Assembly (NCBI GenBank): GCA_963695435.1
Contig: OY968788.1
Coordinates: forward strand, 134,330-198,329
Direction: 5' to 3'
DNA: 64,000 nt
Source: an uncultured bacterium
Lineage (GTDB): Bacteria > Patescibacteriota > Kazan-3B-28
Shown: positions 25,570-35,574 of the stretch, in pieces
Numbering within the stretch: position 1 is the stretch's first letter
Layout: each line of letters begins with the position of its first letter
Position numbers and translations under genes: made by a program
The notes under the pieces: model-generated
The model's input: the letters and a program-made list of their open reading frames with translations, nothing else
Told to the model about the DNA's origin: nothing
Database searches by the model: none

Positions 25570-27357
25570 GTGAGGGATTTTAAGAGATTACTTATAGAAA
25601 TGAAGCCGATGTATCCGGTTTTGTTTTTGATTACAGTCTTGGCGTTGATTAGTACCAGTGCCATTATGGCGACTCCTTGGTTGTATCGGGAGCTGATTAA
25701 TTTTCTGACCAGCTATAAGCTAAGTAAGCTATTCGCGGAGATTATCTCAACAAGAGATCCGGTAGAGATATTGCTCTGGTTGATAGGGATGTATTTTGTT
25801 CTGCAGATTCTGCTTACGGTGACTAGGGCGATAGAATTGTATTTTCGTAATGTATCTAGCACTCGGGCATATCTTTATTTTTCAGTTAAAGGGTTGCAGA
25901 AGTTGCATACTTTGCCGGTAGAGTATTTTGAGAAACGGTCGGCGGGGGCTTTGCGGGAAAGAGTTCAGAGTGGGGCAAGTGAAATGTTTGGAATTTCCCG
26001 AAATATTGTTTCGGAAGTTTTGCCGACTTTGCTGACTTTTATTGTTGCGGTGGTTGTGTTGATGAGGTTCGATTTTAGATTGTCTTTGGGTTTGGCAATT
26101 GCAGCGCCGATTTATATTGTGATTTCAATTTGGAGAGCGAAGATACTACGCTTTTGGCAAAAGAAATTCCGCAATGTGATGGAGAAGGGCGGAAAGTTGT
26201 TTATGGAGAATTTGTTTCACTATCAGCTGATAAAAGAATTTAGTAGGCAAACTTATGAAGAACAGCGGTTGGGCAAAACCTATGACAAGGGAGTAGAAAT
26301 TTCAAAACGAAAGGAGCGGGCAGTACGGGTGATGGGAATTGTCCGAGAGGTAGTGGCGGATTCTGCGTATATGTGGGTCTATGGGTATGGTGGCTATTTG
26401 GTGTTGAAGGGTCAGCTTTCTCTGGGTGACTTGATTTTATTTGTTGCTTATTTGGATAGGGTGTTTAGCCCTCTGCGTTGGGTGACGGATATTTACGATC
26501 AACTGCAGGTGGGGTTTGTATCGATTGGACGGTTGTTTAAAATTTGGGATATCAAACCGGCGGTGGATGATATTCCGAATGCTAAACCTTTGAAGGTGAC
26601 TAATGGTGAAATAAAGTTTGAGAAAGTTTCATTTACATACAGAAGTAGTAAGAGGCAAAAAGGAGAGCGAACGGTATTTCGCAACTTTAATCTGACGATT
26701 TACCCGCATGAGATGTTGGCGATTATCGGACCATCAGGCGGAGGAAAATCGACGCTGACTAAACTACTACTTCGATTGTATGACCCAGAAAAAGGGAGAA
26801 TTGTAATTGATGGGCAGGACATTAGCCAAGTGAAGCAGAATTCGGTGCGGGATAATATCGGAACTGTGATGCAGGAAGTCGGGGCGGTGAATCATACTTT
26901 GCAATACAATATCAAATATGGAAAACTGCAGGCGTCGATGGACAAAGTAATATTGGCAACGAAGGTCGCGAATTTGTATCAGTTCGTGATGTCTTTGAGA
27001 AACAAATTCAAAACTCGGATTGGGGAGCGGGGAGTGAAGTTGTCGGGCGGAGAGAAACAGCGATTGGCGATTGCGAGAGCGCTTTTGAAGAATGCGCCGA
27101 TTTTGGTTTTGGATGAGGCTACTAGTGCGCTTGATTCGGAGAATGAAAAATTGATTCAGGAAGCGTTGTGGAAATTGATTGAAGGACGGACGACAGTGGT
27201 GATTGCTCATCGGCTTTCGACGGTGAAACGGGCGGATAGGATTATTGTGGTGGAAAAGGGGAAGATTACCGAGCAGGGAACTCACAAGGAGCTGATGAAG
27301 AAGAGCGGATATTACCGCCGGCTGTTCACTTTGCAGGGGGCGATGTTGGAGGAGTAG
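25570..27357 (+). CDS. ABC transporter, fused permease/ATP-binding protein (MsbA-type exporter)
   Basis: N-terminal 6-TM domain; IIGPSGGGKSTL Walker A; LSGGEKQRLAIARAL signature; ILVLDEATSALD Walker B. Confidence 0.9.
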   Translation: MRDFKRLLIEMKPMYPVLFLITVLALISTSAIMATPWLYRELINFLTSYKLSKLFAEIISTRDPVEILLWLIGMYFVLQILLTVTRAIELYFRNVSSTRAYLYFSVKGLQKLHTLPVEYFEKRSAGALRERVQSGASEMFGISRNIVSEVLPTLLTFIVAVVVLMRFDFRLSLGLAIAAPIYIVISIWRAKILRFWQKKFRNVMEKGGKLFMENLFHYQLIKEFSRQTYEEQRLGKTYDKGVEISKRKERAVRVMGIVREVVADSAYMWVYGYGGYLVLKGQLSLGDLILFVAYLDRVFSPLRWVTDIYDQLQVGFVSIGRLFKIWDIKPAVDDIPNAKPLKVTNGEIKFEKVSFTYRSSKRQKGERTVFRNFNLTIYPHEMLAIIGPSGGGKSTLTKLLLRLYDPEKGRIVIDGQDISQVKQNSVRDNIGTVMQEVGAVNHTLQYNIKYGKLQASMDKVILATKVANLYQFVMSLRNKFKTRIGERGVKLSGGEKQRLAIARALLKNAPILVLDEATSALDSENEKLIQEALWKLIEGRTTVVIAHRLSTVKRADRIIVVEKGKITEQGTHKELMKKSGYYRRLFTLQGAMLEE

Positions 27358-27412
27358 GGGGTAGGGGTAGTATCTAGTATCTAGAGGCGAAAAGGATGAA
27401 AAATGAAGAAGG

Positions 27413-27892
27413 ATGATTAATAAGACTTTGGTTACCAGTTTGTCGAAGATGGTTAAGCGTGACCAGCAACTGCGTAAGCGCGCAGTTATTTCTGGTAATT
27501 TAAAAGATGGGCTGGCTATCAAAAAGATAGACGATTCTCACCACAAATGGCTAAAGAGTTTTATTCAAAAATATGGTTATCCCAATGTTCGATTAGTAGG
27601 GAAGAGGGGGATGCATGATTTTTGGTTACTCATTCAACACCAAGATGATAATTTAAAGCTACAAGAGGACTGTTTGGCTCACTGCAATTTTGAACAGAAA
27701 GACAAAGCATTTCTTACTGACAGGGTTTTATTGGCGCAGGGGAAAAAGCAGATTTATGGCACACAGTTCCATCGTGATACAAAAGGACAGTTGGTGCCTC
27801 GTCCAATACGCAATAAGGCTGGTCTAGATGCTAGGAGACGGTCAGTGGGTTTGGGATCTTTCAAGAAATATCAAGAGCATTTTGAGGGGTAG
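27413..27892 (+). CDS. hypothetical protein (159 aa)
   Basis: ORF only. Intrinsic terminator ccgcttctagagcgggtttttt at 27934-27956. Confidence 0.45.
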   Translation: MINKTLVTSLSKMVKRDQQLRKRAVISGNLKDGLAIKKIDDSHHKWLKSFIQKYGYPNVRLVGKRGMHDFWLLIQHQDDNLKLQEDCLAHCNFEQKDKAFLTDRVLLAQGKKQIYGTQFHRDTKGQLVPRPIRNKAGLDARRRSVGLGSFKKYQEHFEG

Positions 27893-27977
27893 GCTGGACG
27901 CTTGACTTTGGGGGGTTCTGTGGTATGATTTATCCGCTTCTAGAGCGGGTTTTTTATACCTAGTATAATCAGGTGTT

Positions 27978-30900
27978 ATGGGTAATGGAGGCAACAATAT
28001 GGAGAAGTTCGAAGTGCCGGATCAAATCTCGGCGGACTTGGTTACTCCAGAAGAGTCGGCTTTGGCTGAATTGATTGGTAAGGCTGAGCAGGCCGATAGA
28101 GAATCTTATGATGGAGCTTTTGTATCCTCTTCGGAGGTTCCTAAGCTGGCAGAAATATCGGATGAATGGGTGATGAGCGAAAGATGCCTTGAAGACCCCG
28201 AATATCTAAAATTTTTAAGTTCGCTAGAACAAGAATATATAGAACCTTCCCTAGAGAAAGGGCCGAAGCTGCTGAAGGATGTGGCTATTTTGTCGATCGA
28301 CTACGAAGGATTTACTCGTTTTGCTCGCCGTCTTACGGAAACAGTAGATTACTCCAAGTATGCCTCTCGCGAGATGGCTAAACACATGAGTTTGGGTTTG
28401 AACGAAGCCAGACGGCTTGTTGGGGCCTACGGGGGAATGATGGATGGTGTATTTGGTGATGGGACATCAGCTATTTTTTATGGCGATAAGGCGGTTGCCA
28501 AGGCAGTCTTGGCTGCTCAGGCGATAGAAGAAAAGATTAAAACATTGCAGGACATTAGTGTTCGTGGTGTTGAAGCTCCTTGGAAGGTACGATTTGGTAT
28601 CTCTTTTGGAGATGCAATGTTGGTTAGTTATGGTGACAACGAAAGAAGGGCAGACCTAACTGGTTCGGTTGTGGCGCAGGCCGAGGACTTGCAAAAAAAG
28701 GCTATCCCAGGCAAGTCCAGTATCGTGCTTTCAGAATCAGCCCAAGGGAAATTGAGCAGTGAGAGCGAGGTGTCATTTAGTGAAGATTTGAACGCCTATG
28801 CAGTGGGCAAGCTGGACAAGAAAGATAAAGAGATTGATCTCACGGAGGGAGGGATGCAGGCACCCCAAGAGCCTGAAGAGATACGCCGTTGGGCGGCTTT
28901 TCGCGAAAAACATTTTAGCCAGACTCGTCGCAAAGAAATAAGAAACCAATACTTCCGCGAACAAGAGCCAGATCCAGACATGCTGCCGATCAGCACTCTT
29001 TTTATACGCTTGAAGGGCTTGGATATGAGCGGAGAAAATTTTGAACAGACCAATTCCTACATGACATCTATTTTTGAAATTGCTAATAATTTTCGCGGTA
29101 AGGTTGATAAAGTACATCACGATTCAGTGATGATCAACTTTGTAGCTGGTGATCATGAGCTTAATAGCGCAATGGCAGCAGTACGAATTAGAGAAGAAAT
29201 AGAAACACTTAGGCAGCAGTTCGATGATTCGAAGCTTGATCCTAAAATGTCATGTACAAAAGGTGATGCCTTTTTGCTGGTCGTTGGCGGGAACAGAACT
29301 GTTTACGGAGAAAGTGTAAACCGAGCCTCACGCTTGCTGTATGCCAATAACCCAGGCGGTGGTTTGGTGGTAGATGAGTCAACCTTTTTGAAAATTAACC
29401 GAGCGCGGGTAGATGCAGAAGCGCTTAGACCGGTAGTGCTGAAAGACTATGAAGATAAACCGATCAACATCTATCTCATAAAGAACATTGAGCAAATAAC
29501 CTTCCGCCATGTTGATGTGGAGAAGGTGGTGGGCTTGGAACGAGAAACAAAATTATTGAATCAGTATTATGACGAGGCTAAGGCCGAAGGACGAGTGGTA
29601 GCGGTCAAAGGTCCTTCTGGTGCTGGTAAAACGCTGTTGGTGGCTCGCTTTATTCACGACAAAGAAGAAAAGGGCGTGAAGGTTATTGAGGGGCGTGCCG
29701 AAAGGTCACGCCAGAACATATCTTTTGCTGTTTGGAGAGATATTTTGGAAAGTGCCTTTGTTGTTCAGAATGTGGCCGACAAGGAAAGAAGGGGGGCAAT
29801 CGTTGAGGAGCATTTTAGGGTCAATGGACTAAGCGATGTCTATGGCGACAAGCTAGCATTGTTCAATGCTGTTTTGGATACAAAATTTAGTGAGACAGAC
29901 GCAACTCGATATCTTTCTACTGATGAGCGGGAAGAAAAAAGAGCCGAACTGATTGCTGAAACATTGAAGAGTTTTGCTAGCTTGAACCAGCCGGCGATTG
30001 TCTTTTTGGAAGATGTTCACTTTTTTGATAAAGACTCGGCTCAACTGGCCGCGAAGGTTATGCCAAAGCTTGAGCAGAATAGTTGTTTGGAAGTTCTGAC
30101 CACTTGGATTGAAGAAGAGGGCGATGAGCGGACAGAGCGATTAATGAACTTCCTAAAAAACCTTTCTCATTTTAGAGAAGTTCCAGTTGAATCTTTGCCG
30201 CTTTATAAAGAAAAGTATTACGATGATATTCCTGCGGCGCGAGAGTGGTGGCATCAAGCCAAAGAGAAATACCTCGCGTTGGCGAGCAATATCGGCATTG
30301 AATTCTTGCCCAGCGATCTTGATGAGAACGATAAAAACTATGAGAAAAAGGACAAGGCCTATGCGAGATTCTTTATTAATGTAGCTAGAACTTCTAAGGG
30401 GGTTCCGCGGCATGTGCTAGAGATATTGGAATATTTCACACTTTACAAGGGACGCGGCAAGGACTATTTCCGAGAGAAAGAACTTTCAGTTGACGGAGAA
30501 TCAAAGGTTTTTTATGCCCTGGGAGAAACTCGTATCGGCGACGAAGACTTGTTTGGCGAAGAGGAAATTAGTGATATTTATAAAATTGAACAACAAAAAC
30601 TGGAGAATCTCGGAGGAGACTCCAAGGCTATCTTGAGGGACGCTTCGGTAGTAGGTATGGTTTTTGACGAGAAGGTCTTGCAACACATATCGGGGTTAAG
30701 CGGAGAGAGAATTCAAAGAGCATTGCGTAACGCAAAAGTGGCTCGCATGGTTCGCTCTTTGGGTGAGGGTGAATGGGAGTTTATCCATGGTGTTACCCAA
30801 CATGCCATCTATGAAAGTATCGGTAAGATTCGTGAACGCCAAGCGAATCACCGGCTGATTGCTGAATATTTAGTAGAGTCCACGCCCGACAGCTTGAGAA

Positions 30901-32351
30901 ATATTGTGCATCACTATCGCCACAGTGATGATTACTTGAATGCGCTGAGATATTTGGATGAATATACTGAACAGCTGAAGAAGGTGCATTTGTGGGGAAC
31001 GGCCTTGGATCAAATTCGGTATGCTACTAATCTAGGTTTCGAGAGCGAAAAAAAGGAAGGTGTCTTTGAAAAAATCCAAGAAAGAGGTTGGCAGGTCTTT
31101 GATGAAACAAAGGGTTTTAGAACCTTGCGGCGTCTGGCCCCAGAGGAGAGGGATTGGCTAGTAGACGGGCAGGCCAAGCGTGCATTTAGGGCGGTATCTA
31201 TTTGGCGAGCTTCAGCAGGTGACAGAAAAAAAGCATTGGCTATTCTTGAATCGGCGAAGAAGGTATTTACAGAAAACCATTCTAGCACCGAAGAAGCTGA
31301 GCCGCATGATCAGATCATTTTGGCTCGTTTCCATAGAGAATTGGGAAAGGATAAAACCTATCTGGCTCTTTATGACGAAGCTCAAGCTGATTTGGATAAG
31401 GCCGGAGAGTTATTGGATGAAGTAGAGGCGGGTTTAGTTAGTAAGGATAGTTTGTTGTCCGACTATCGGGAGATGAGAGCTGATTTGTATGATGCCTTAG
31501 GGTGGCTAAATAAAAGAATGCGTAACTACCCGAAGGCTTTGGAGTGTTATCAAAAAGGGCTTCCATTTTCTGACAATTACGAAACAGAATTCTCTCTTCG
31601 TAACGGACTAGCATTCTCTTATAAAGACTTGGGCAGACCCAAGAAGGCACAAGACACATATGCAAAACTGTTAGAGTTGGCGGAGAGGGAGAATGATAAG
31701 GGGAACTTAGTAGTGATACTGAACAATAGCGCTAGTTTGAATGCTAGAATGGGGCGTCTGGAAGAGGCCGAGGGACTTCATAGAAGAGCAATAGAGCTAG
31801 GGGAACAAATATCTAAGACAACTAGTGTCTATTACTCTAAAGGTGGGCTGGCTTTCATTCTACGAATGAAAGGAGAGTATGAAAAGGCAGCTGATTTGTT
31901 TCGAGAATCTTCAGAATTTTTTGGCGACAGAGGGTCATCATATAATGCGAATGTTTCTAGGGCAGAGCTTGCTTTTTGTTTAATAAAATCGGGTGAGTTG
32001 GCTGAAGCGGAGCAAATTATAGATGGGCTAAGAAATAGTAAAGAAGCTCTTTTCCGGGGTAGGTCATATACCTTGGGAGCGATGATGGATATAGGGAGAG
32101 AGGGCTATCAAGTAGACGAGGAAATTTTGAGGGAATTTAATCGGGGAGTGGAACTTCTGAAAGAAAGCGGCAAAGAAGATGACTTGGCCTTTGATCTTTT
32201 GTACTTTGGTGAGCTTGAGATAGAAAACGGAAGAACAGAGGAAGGGTTGACAAAAGTAAGGGAAGCGAAAGATATTTACGAAAGAATCCAGGATTTGTCA
32301 GAGATGGGGAAGATAGAAAAAATATTGAAACGGTATCCTGCGGGGGAGTAG
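27978..32351 (+). CDS. tandem class III nucleotidyl cyclase (CHD) domains + STAND/AAA P-loop NTPase + TPR repeats
   Basis: CHD1 ILSIDYEGFTRFA and FGDGTSAIFYG (metal-binding Asps). CHD2 YGESVNRASRLL (Asn/Arg transition-state motif). P-loop VVAVKGPSGAGKTLL. Walker B IVFLEDVHFFD. C-terminal TPR units. Confidence 0.8.
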   Translation: MGNGGNNMEKFEVPDQISADLVTPEESALAELIGKAEQADRESYDGAFVSSSEVPKLAEISDEWVMSERCLEDPEYLKFLSSLEQEYIEPSLEKGPKLLKDVAILSIDYEGFTRFARRLTETVDYSKYASREMAKHMSLGLNEARRLVGAYGGMMDGVFGDGTSAIFYGDKAVAKAVLAAQAIEEKIKTLQDISVRGVEAPWKVRFGISFGDAMLVSYGDNERRADLTGSVVAQAEDLQKKAIPGKSSIVLSESAQGKLSSESEVSFSEDLNAYAVGKLDKKDKEIDLTEGGMQAPQEPEEIRRWAAFREKHFSQTRRKEIRNQYFREQEPDPDMLPISTLFIRLKGLDMSGENFEQTNSYMTSIFEIANNFRGKVDKVHHDSVMINFVAGDHELNSAMAAVRIREEIETLRQQFDDSKLDPKMSCTKGDAFLLVVGGNRTVYGESVNRASRLLYANNPGGGLVVDESTFLKINRARVDAEALRPVVLKDYEDKPINIYLIKNIEQITFRHVDVEKVVGLERETKLLNQYYDEAKAEGRVVAVKGPSGAGKTLLVARFIHDKEEKGVKVIEGRAERSRQNISFAVWRDILESAFVVQNVADKERRGAIVEEHFRVNGLSDVYGDKLALFNAVLDTKFSETDATRYLSTDEREEKRAELIAETLKSFASLNQPAIVFLEDVHFFDKDSAQLAAKVMPKLEQNSCLEVLTTWIEEEGDERTERLMNFLKNLSHFREVPVESLPLYKEKYYDDIPAAREWWHQAKEKYLALASNIGIEFLPSDLDENDKNYEKKDKAYARFFINVARTSKGVPRHVLEILEYFTLYKGRGKDYFREKELSVDGESKVFYALGETRIGDEDLFGEEEISDIYKIEQQKLENLGGDSKAILRDASVVGMVFDEKVLQHISGLSGERIQRALRNAKVARMVRSLGEGEWEFIHGVTQHAIYESIGKIRERQANHRLIAEYLVESTPDSLRNIVHHYRHSDDYLNALRYLDEYTEQLKKVHLWGTALDQIRYATNLGFESEKKEGVFEKIQERGWQVFDETKGFRTLRRLAPEERDWLVDGQAKRAFRAVSIWRASAGDRKKALAILESAKKVFTENHSSTEEAEPHDQIILARFHRELGKDKTYLALYDEAQADLDKAGELLDEVEAGLVSKDSLLSDYREMRADLYDALGWLNKRMRNYPKALECYQKGLPFSDNYETEFSLRNGLAFSYKDLGRPKKAQDTYAKLLELAERENDKGNLVVILNNSASLNARMGRLEEAEGLHRRAIELGEQISKTTSVYYSKGGLAFILRMKGEYEKAADLFRESSEFFGDRGSSYNANVSRAELAFCLIKSGELAEAEQIIDGLRNSKEALFRGRSYTLGAMMDIGREGYQVDEEILREFNRGVELLKESGKEDDLAFDLLYFGELEIENGRTEEGLTKVREAKDIYERIQDLSEMGKIEKILKRYPAGE

Positions 32352-32428
32352 AGATCTGGGATTTACTTTAGAAACTAAAACAGCCCCGAATGATATTCGG
32401 AGCCGTTTTGACTGTTTAAAGGTTTTAC

Positions 32429-32626
32429 TTATCTTGTTGCTTCTTCGTCATCAAAACTTGCGCCTATCGTTGAAGAGGGTACAGGTCGTGTTCCTGTTGG
32501 TGTCGGAGTAGTATTTTTGATTGAGGCAGCCAAAGAATAACCAACTATGACTCCCAAGAGTAGGACTATGGCGAGGACGACTATTAGTTCTTTTTCTGCA
32601 AGTTTTAGTAAACTCTTTTTGTTCAT
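32429..32626 (-). CDS. small N-anchored membrane protein (65 aa), paralogous termini to the next gene
   Basis: KELIVVLAIVLLLGVIVGYSLAAS TM helix and acidic C-terminal tail FDDEEATR. Confidence 0.5.
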   Translation of the reverse strand: MNKKSLLKLAEKELIVVLAIVLLLGVIVGYSLAASIKNTTPTPTGTRPVPSSTIGASFDDEEATR

Positions 32627-32629
32627 GAT

Positions 32630-34003
32630 TTATTGCATCGTTTCTTCCTCATCAAGGCTTGAGCCAAGTGGGTTGGCGCTGGAGCCTTTGGCGCCACCCA
32701 AGAGATTGCCAAAGAATGTAATTATGGTTTTGATGGCGCTGGGTTTTTCGACAACAACTTTGCCGGCAGAATCAAAAATCTTTGTACCAACAGCTATTTG
32801 TTTAAAGTCGTTGATTATTTGATTAAATCCGACTTGAAGTTTGGTAATAGCTTTTTGAGTTGCAGTCATGCCAGTAGTGACGGTATTAAGTTCTGCTTGA
32901 GAAACGACGGTAGAGTTTGTGGCTTCTACACGTGCGATAACTGCGGCATCAGAGAACAAAGTCGTGGTAGCGACTGAAGGTGTGATAGTAGTAGGAGCTG
33001 GGGTAGTGGTAGAAGCGCTAGCTGGACCAGCTAGAATGTTGCTGATTGCGTCGAGCAAAGTTTGCTTGGATGTGTCGTCAGTAGTTGTGGTTGGAGTAGT
33101 AGCAGTTGGTGTAGTTGTGCTTGGTGTAGTAGTGGCTGGAGTGACGGCTACAGGTTCTGGAACAACAGTAATACTGGCAGATGCAGATTTGCCATCTGCT
33201 GTAACTTTCACTGTTATGACGCCAGCCTCCGTTGTGGTGACTAACCCATCCTGATTTATCGTTGCAATTCCGTTTGGAATAGTAGCAAGACTCCACTTGA
33301 GGGGCAGTTGGCTGGAAGATATTGAAGAGCCGACTTGGTCCGTAGCTATGACAACGAATCTGCGGCTTTCTCCAGCAAGCATTTTTGTGGTAGAGGGGAG
33401 CACTGCGAGAGTTGCGACTGTATCAGCTGATACTGAAGGAGCAGCGCTTGGAGGGTTGATGCTAAGAGCGCGAATGGAATGAGTACCACCTACAAAATTA
33501 AGAGTCAATTCATTTGCGCCTGTGATAACTACTGGTTGACTTGAGCTAACAATATTAATTCCATTTAAGCTGATGCCACCGACATTACCCCAAGCATAAA
33601 TTGCACCGCTGAATGGGCTACCAAGTTTGATAGAAGCGGTGTATTTTTCACCTACAACGGTACCAGCCATACCTTTATTAGCGAGAGTGGAGACGCTGGA
33701 AGGAGTAAGTGTTAGTCTTCTAACACGATAAGTGTTTGTATCGCTGAGGATTGCGGGGTCAAAGGATAAAGTACTGTATGTAGTAGTACCTATAGTAAAA
33801 GCACTAGTTTCAGCATCTTGGGCGGTTAGGGCGGCGGAAGTAACGGCTTCGGTGCCAGCTAAGGTGTAGCCGACCACGGCCGCGAGCAATATAAGAATAG
33901 CTAGAGTAGCTTCTAGCTCCCGTTCGACCCAACCAATCCCCCGGTGGAGAAAGTTGTGCTTTTTCATATGTGTTTTTATTTTTGTTGGCGCTATTTTTGC
34001 CAA
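32630..34003 (-). CDS. N-anchored surface protein with Big_2 (Ig-like) domain and Thr/Pro-rich linker
   Basis: TM helix ELEATLAILILLAAVVGYTLAG. Big_2-like ATINQDGLVTTTEAGVITVKVTADGKSASASITV. TTTP repeats. Acidic tail SSLDEEETMQ. Confidence 0.7.
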   Translation of the reverse strand: MAKIAPTKIKTHMKKHNFLHRGIGWVERELEATLAILILLAAVVGYTLAGTEAVTSAALTAQDAETSAFTIGTTTYSTLSFDPAILSDTNTYRVRRLTLTPSSVSTLANKGMAGTVVGEKYTASIKLGSPFSGAIYAWGNVGGISLNGINIVSSSQPVVITGANELTLNFVGGTHSIRALSINPPSAAPSVSADTVATLAVLPSTTKMLAGESRRFVVIATDQVGSSISSSQLPLKWSLATIPNGIATINQDGLVTTTEAGVITVKVTADGKSASASITVVPEPVAVTPATTTPSTTTPTATTPTTTTDDTSKQTLLDAISNILAGPASASTTTPAPTTITPSVATTTLFSDAAVIARVEATNSTVVSQAELNTVTTGMTATQKAITKLQVGFNQIINDFKQIAVGTKIFDSAGKVVVEKPSAIKTIITFFGNLLGGAKGSSANPLGSSLDEEETMQ

Positions 34004-34162
34004 CTTATTATTTCATTTTAGCACAAAAGAGAGATTGTGTCAAGATAGGGCGAGGAGAGAGTGTGGAGTGGGAGTTGATTTTTTGGGGGGAACAGGGTAG
34101 ATTGGGGGCTGTGGTAAGCGAGTTATGAGTAATGAGTTACGAGTAATGAGCGAAGCCACGGG

Positions 34163-34256
34163 ATATATAGTATAGATCCTTCCCCCGACAAGTCGGGGTC
34201 GAGGATGACAAATTTTTATGAGATTCTGAAATAAATTCAGAATGACGGGATAATAC
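34163..34256. repeat. family E partial copy 3 plus gattctgaa..ttcagaatgac hairpin
   Basis: tagatccttcccccgacaagtcggggtcgaggatgacaaa matches the 3-prime half of 1335-1428. Confidence 0.6.
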
Positions 34257-34260
34257 ATAT

Positions 34261-35574
34261 ATGTTTAAACGGGTTGCTGTAATTAGTTTGATTGTGATTG
34301 CCCTGATTGGGTCGGCGATTGTCGATTTTCCTTCAGTGGCGAATTTTGTGGGTCTTAAGAGCAATTTCAAAATCCGCGAGGGTTTGGATTTGCAGGGAGG
34401 CACACAGCTTGTTTATCAAACTGATTTGTCGAAAGTAAAACCTGCCGATCAAGCCAATGCGGCGCAAGGTGTGGTGGAAGTCATTGATAAACGAATTAAC
34501 GCGCTTGGTGTGACGGAACCGTCAATTCAGAAGACGCGTGATAATTCGCGAGTGATTGTGGAACTGCCGGGTATTAAAGATATTGATTCCGCTATCAAGC
34601 TGATTGGTCAAACGGCACAACTGGAGTTTCGTGAAGGGATTGAGGGGAAGAGCCTGAAGGACGGTAAATATAGTTCTCCAAATTATGACGATTGGAAAGA
34701 CACAGGACTGACCGGTGCTCATTTTGCAAAGGCGGAAGTTCAATTCCAGCAGGGGCAAAGTACTGTTGTGCCGAAGCCTGAAATCAGTATTCAGTTTGAT
34801 GCAGAAGGCAGAAAGCTTTTTGCGGAAATTACAGGCAGAAATGTAGATAAACCGTTGGCGATTTTCTTGGATAAGAACTTGTTGTCTGCTCCGAATGTGG
34901 AGGAGAAAATCGATAGCGAATCGGCCGTGATATCTGGCAGTTTTGATTTGCAGGAGGCGAAGACTTTGGCGATTCAGCTCAATGCTGGTGCGTTGCCTGT
35001 GCCAATTACGCTGGTGTCGCAGAACAATGTCGGTGCCACGATGGGAACAGAATCGGTGCAGAAAAGCATTGTGGCGGGGCTTCTCGGGCTTCTGCTGGTT
35101 ATTTTATTTATGATAATTTACTATCGCCTGCCAGGATTTTTGGCATCATTGGCGTTGCTTTTCTACGCGATGCTTACCATGGCGATTTTCATTGCGATTC
35201 CAGTGACGATTACTTTGCCTGGTATCGCTGGTTTCATTCTATCTATAGGGATGGCGATTGATGCCAACATTTTGATATTTGAGAGGACAAAAGAAGAATT
35301 GCGGTCTGGTGCGCCGTTGATTTCGGCAATTGATACCGGTTTCAATCGGGCGTGGAGCTCAATTCGTGATTCTAACTTCTCTTCTCTTATTACCGCGGTC
35401 ATTCTTTATTATTTTGGTTCGGGAATGATTAAAGGATTTGCAATGACTTTGGGTCTTGGTATTTTGGTGAGCTTGTTCACTGCACTGACAGTTACGCATA
35501 CTATTTTGCGGGCAGTAGCGGGGACGAGTTTGAAGAATAAAATGAGCTGGTGGATGGCGGGAGTGAAGCAATGA
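34261..35574 (+). CDS. secD: protein translocase subunit SecD
   Basis: LDLQGGTQLVYQ, ELPGIKD, C-terminal 6-TM domain. Confidence 0.9.
   Translation: MFKRVAVISLIVIALIGSAIVDFPSVANFVGLKSNFKIREGLDLQGGTQLVYQTDLSKVKPADQANAAQGVVEVIDKRINALGVTEPSIQKTRDNSRVIVELPGIKDIDSAIKLIGQTAQLEFREGIEGKSLKDGKYSSPNYDDWKDTGLTGAHFAKAEVQFQQGQSTVVPKPEISIQFDAEGRKLFAEITGRNVDKPLAIFLDKNLLSAPNVEEKIDSESAVISGSFDLQEAKTLAIQLNAGALPVPITLVSQNNVGATMGTESVQKSIVAGLLGLLLVILFMIIYYRLPGFLASLALLFYAMLTMAIFIAIPVTITLPGIAGFILSIGMAIDANILIFERTKEELRSGAPLISAIDTGFNRAWSSIRDSNFSSLITAVILYYFGSGMIKGFAMTLGLGILVSLFTALTVTHTILRAVAGTSLKNKMSWWMAGVKQ

Noticed and set aside
26767-27522. 251-aa ORF on - strand
   Set aside because: Antisense to the ABC transporter NBD. 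No motifs.
27937-27952. 16-mer ctagagcgggtttttt also present at 48946-48961
   Set aside because: At 27934-27956 it is part of a convincing intrinsic terminator (ccgcttctagagcggg + U-tract). At 48946 the upstream complement is missing, so no hairpin forms. This is probably a chance or partial match, not a repeat family.
27978-32351. Calling the cyclase-STAND protein a Pycsar system
   Set aside because: No adjacent cNMP-binding effector (PycTM/PycTIR-like) gene. Neighbours are an unknown 159-aa protein and divergently oriented surface proteins. Kept as a signalling/Avs-like candidate only.
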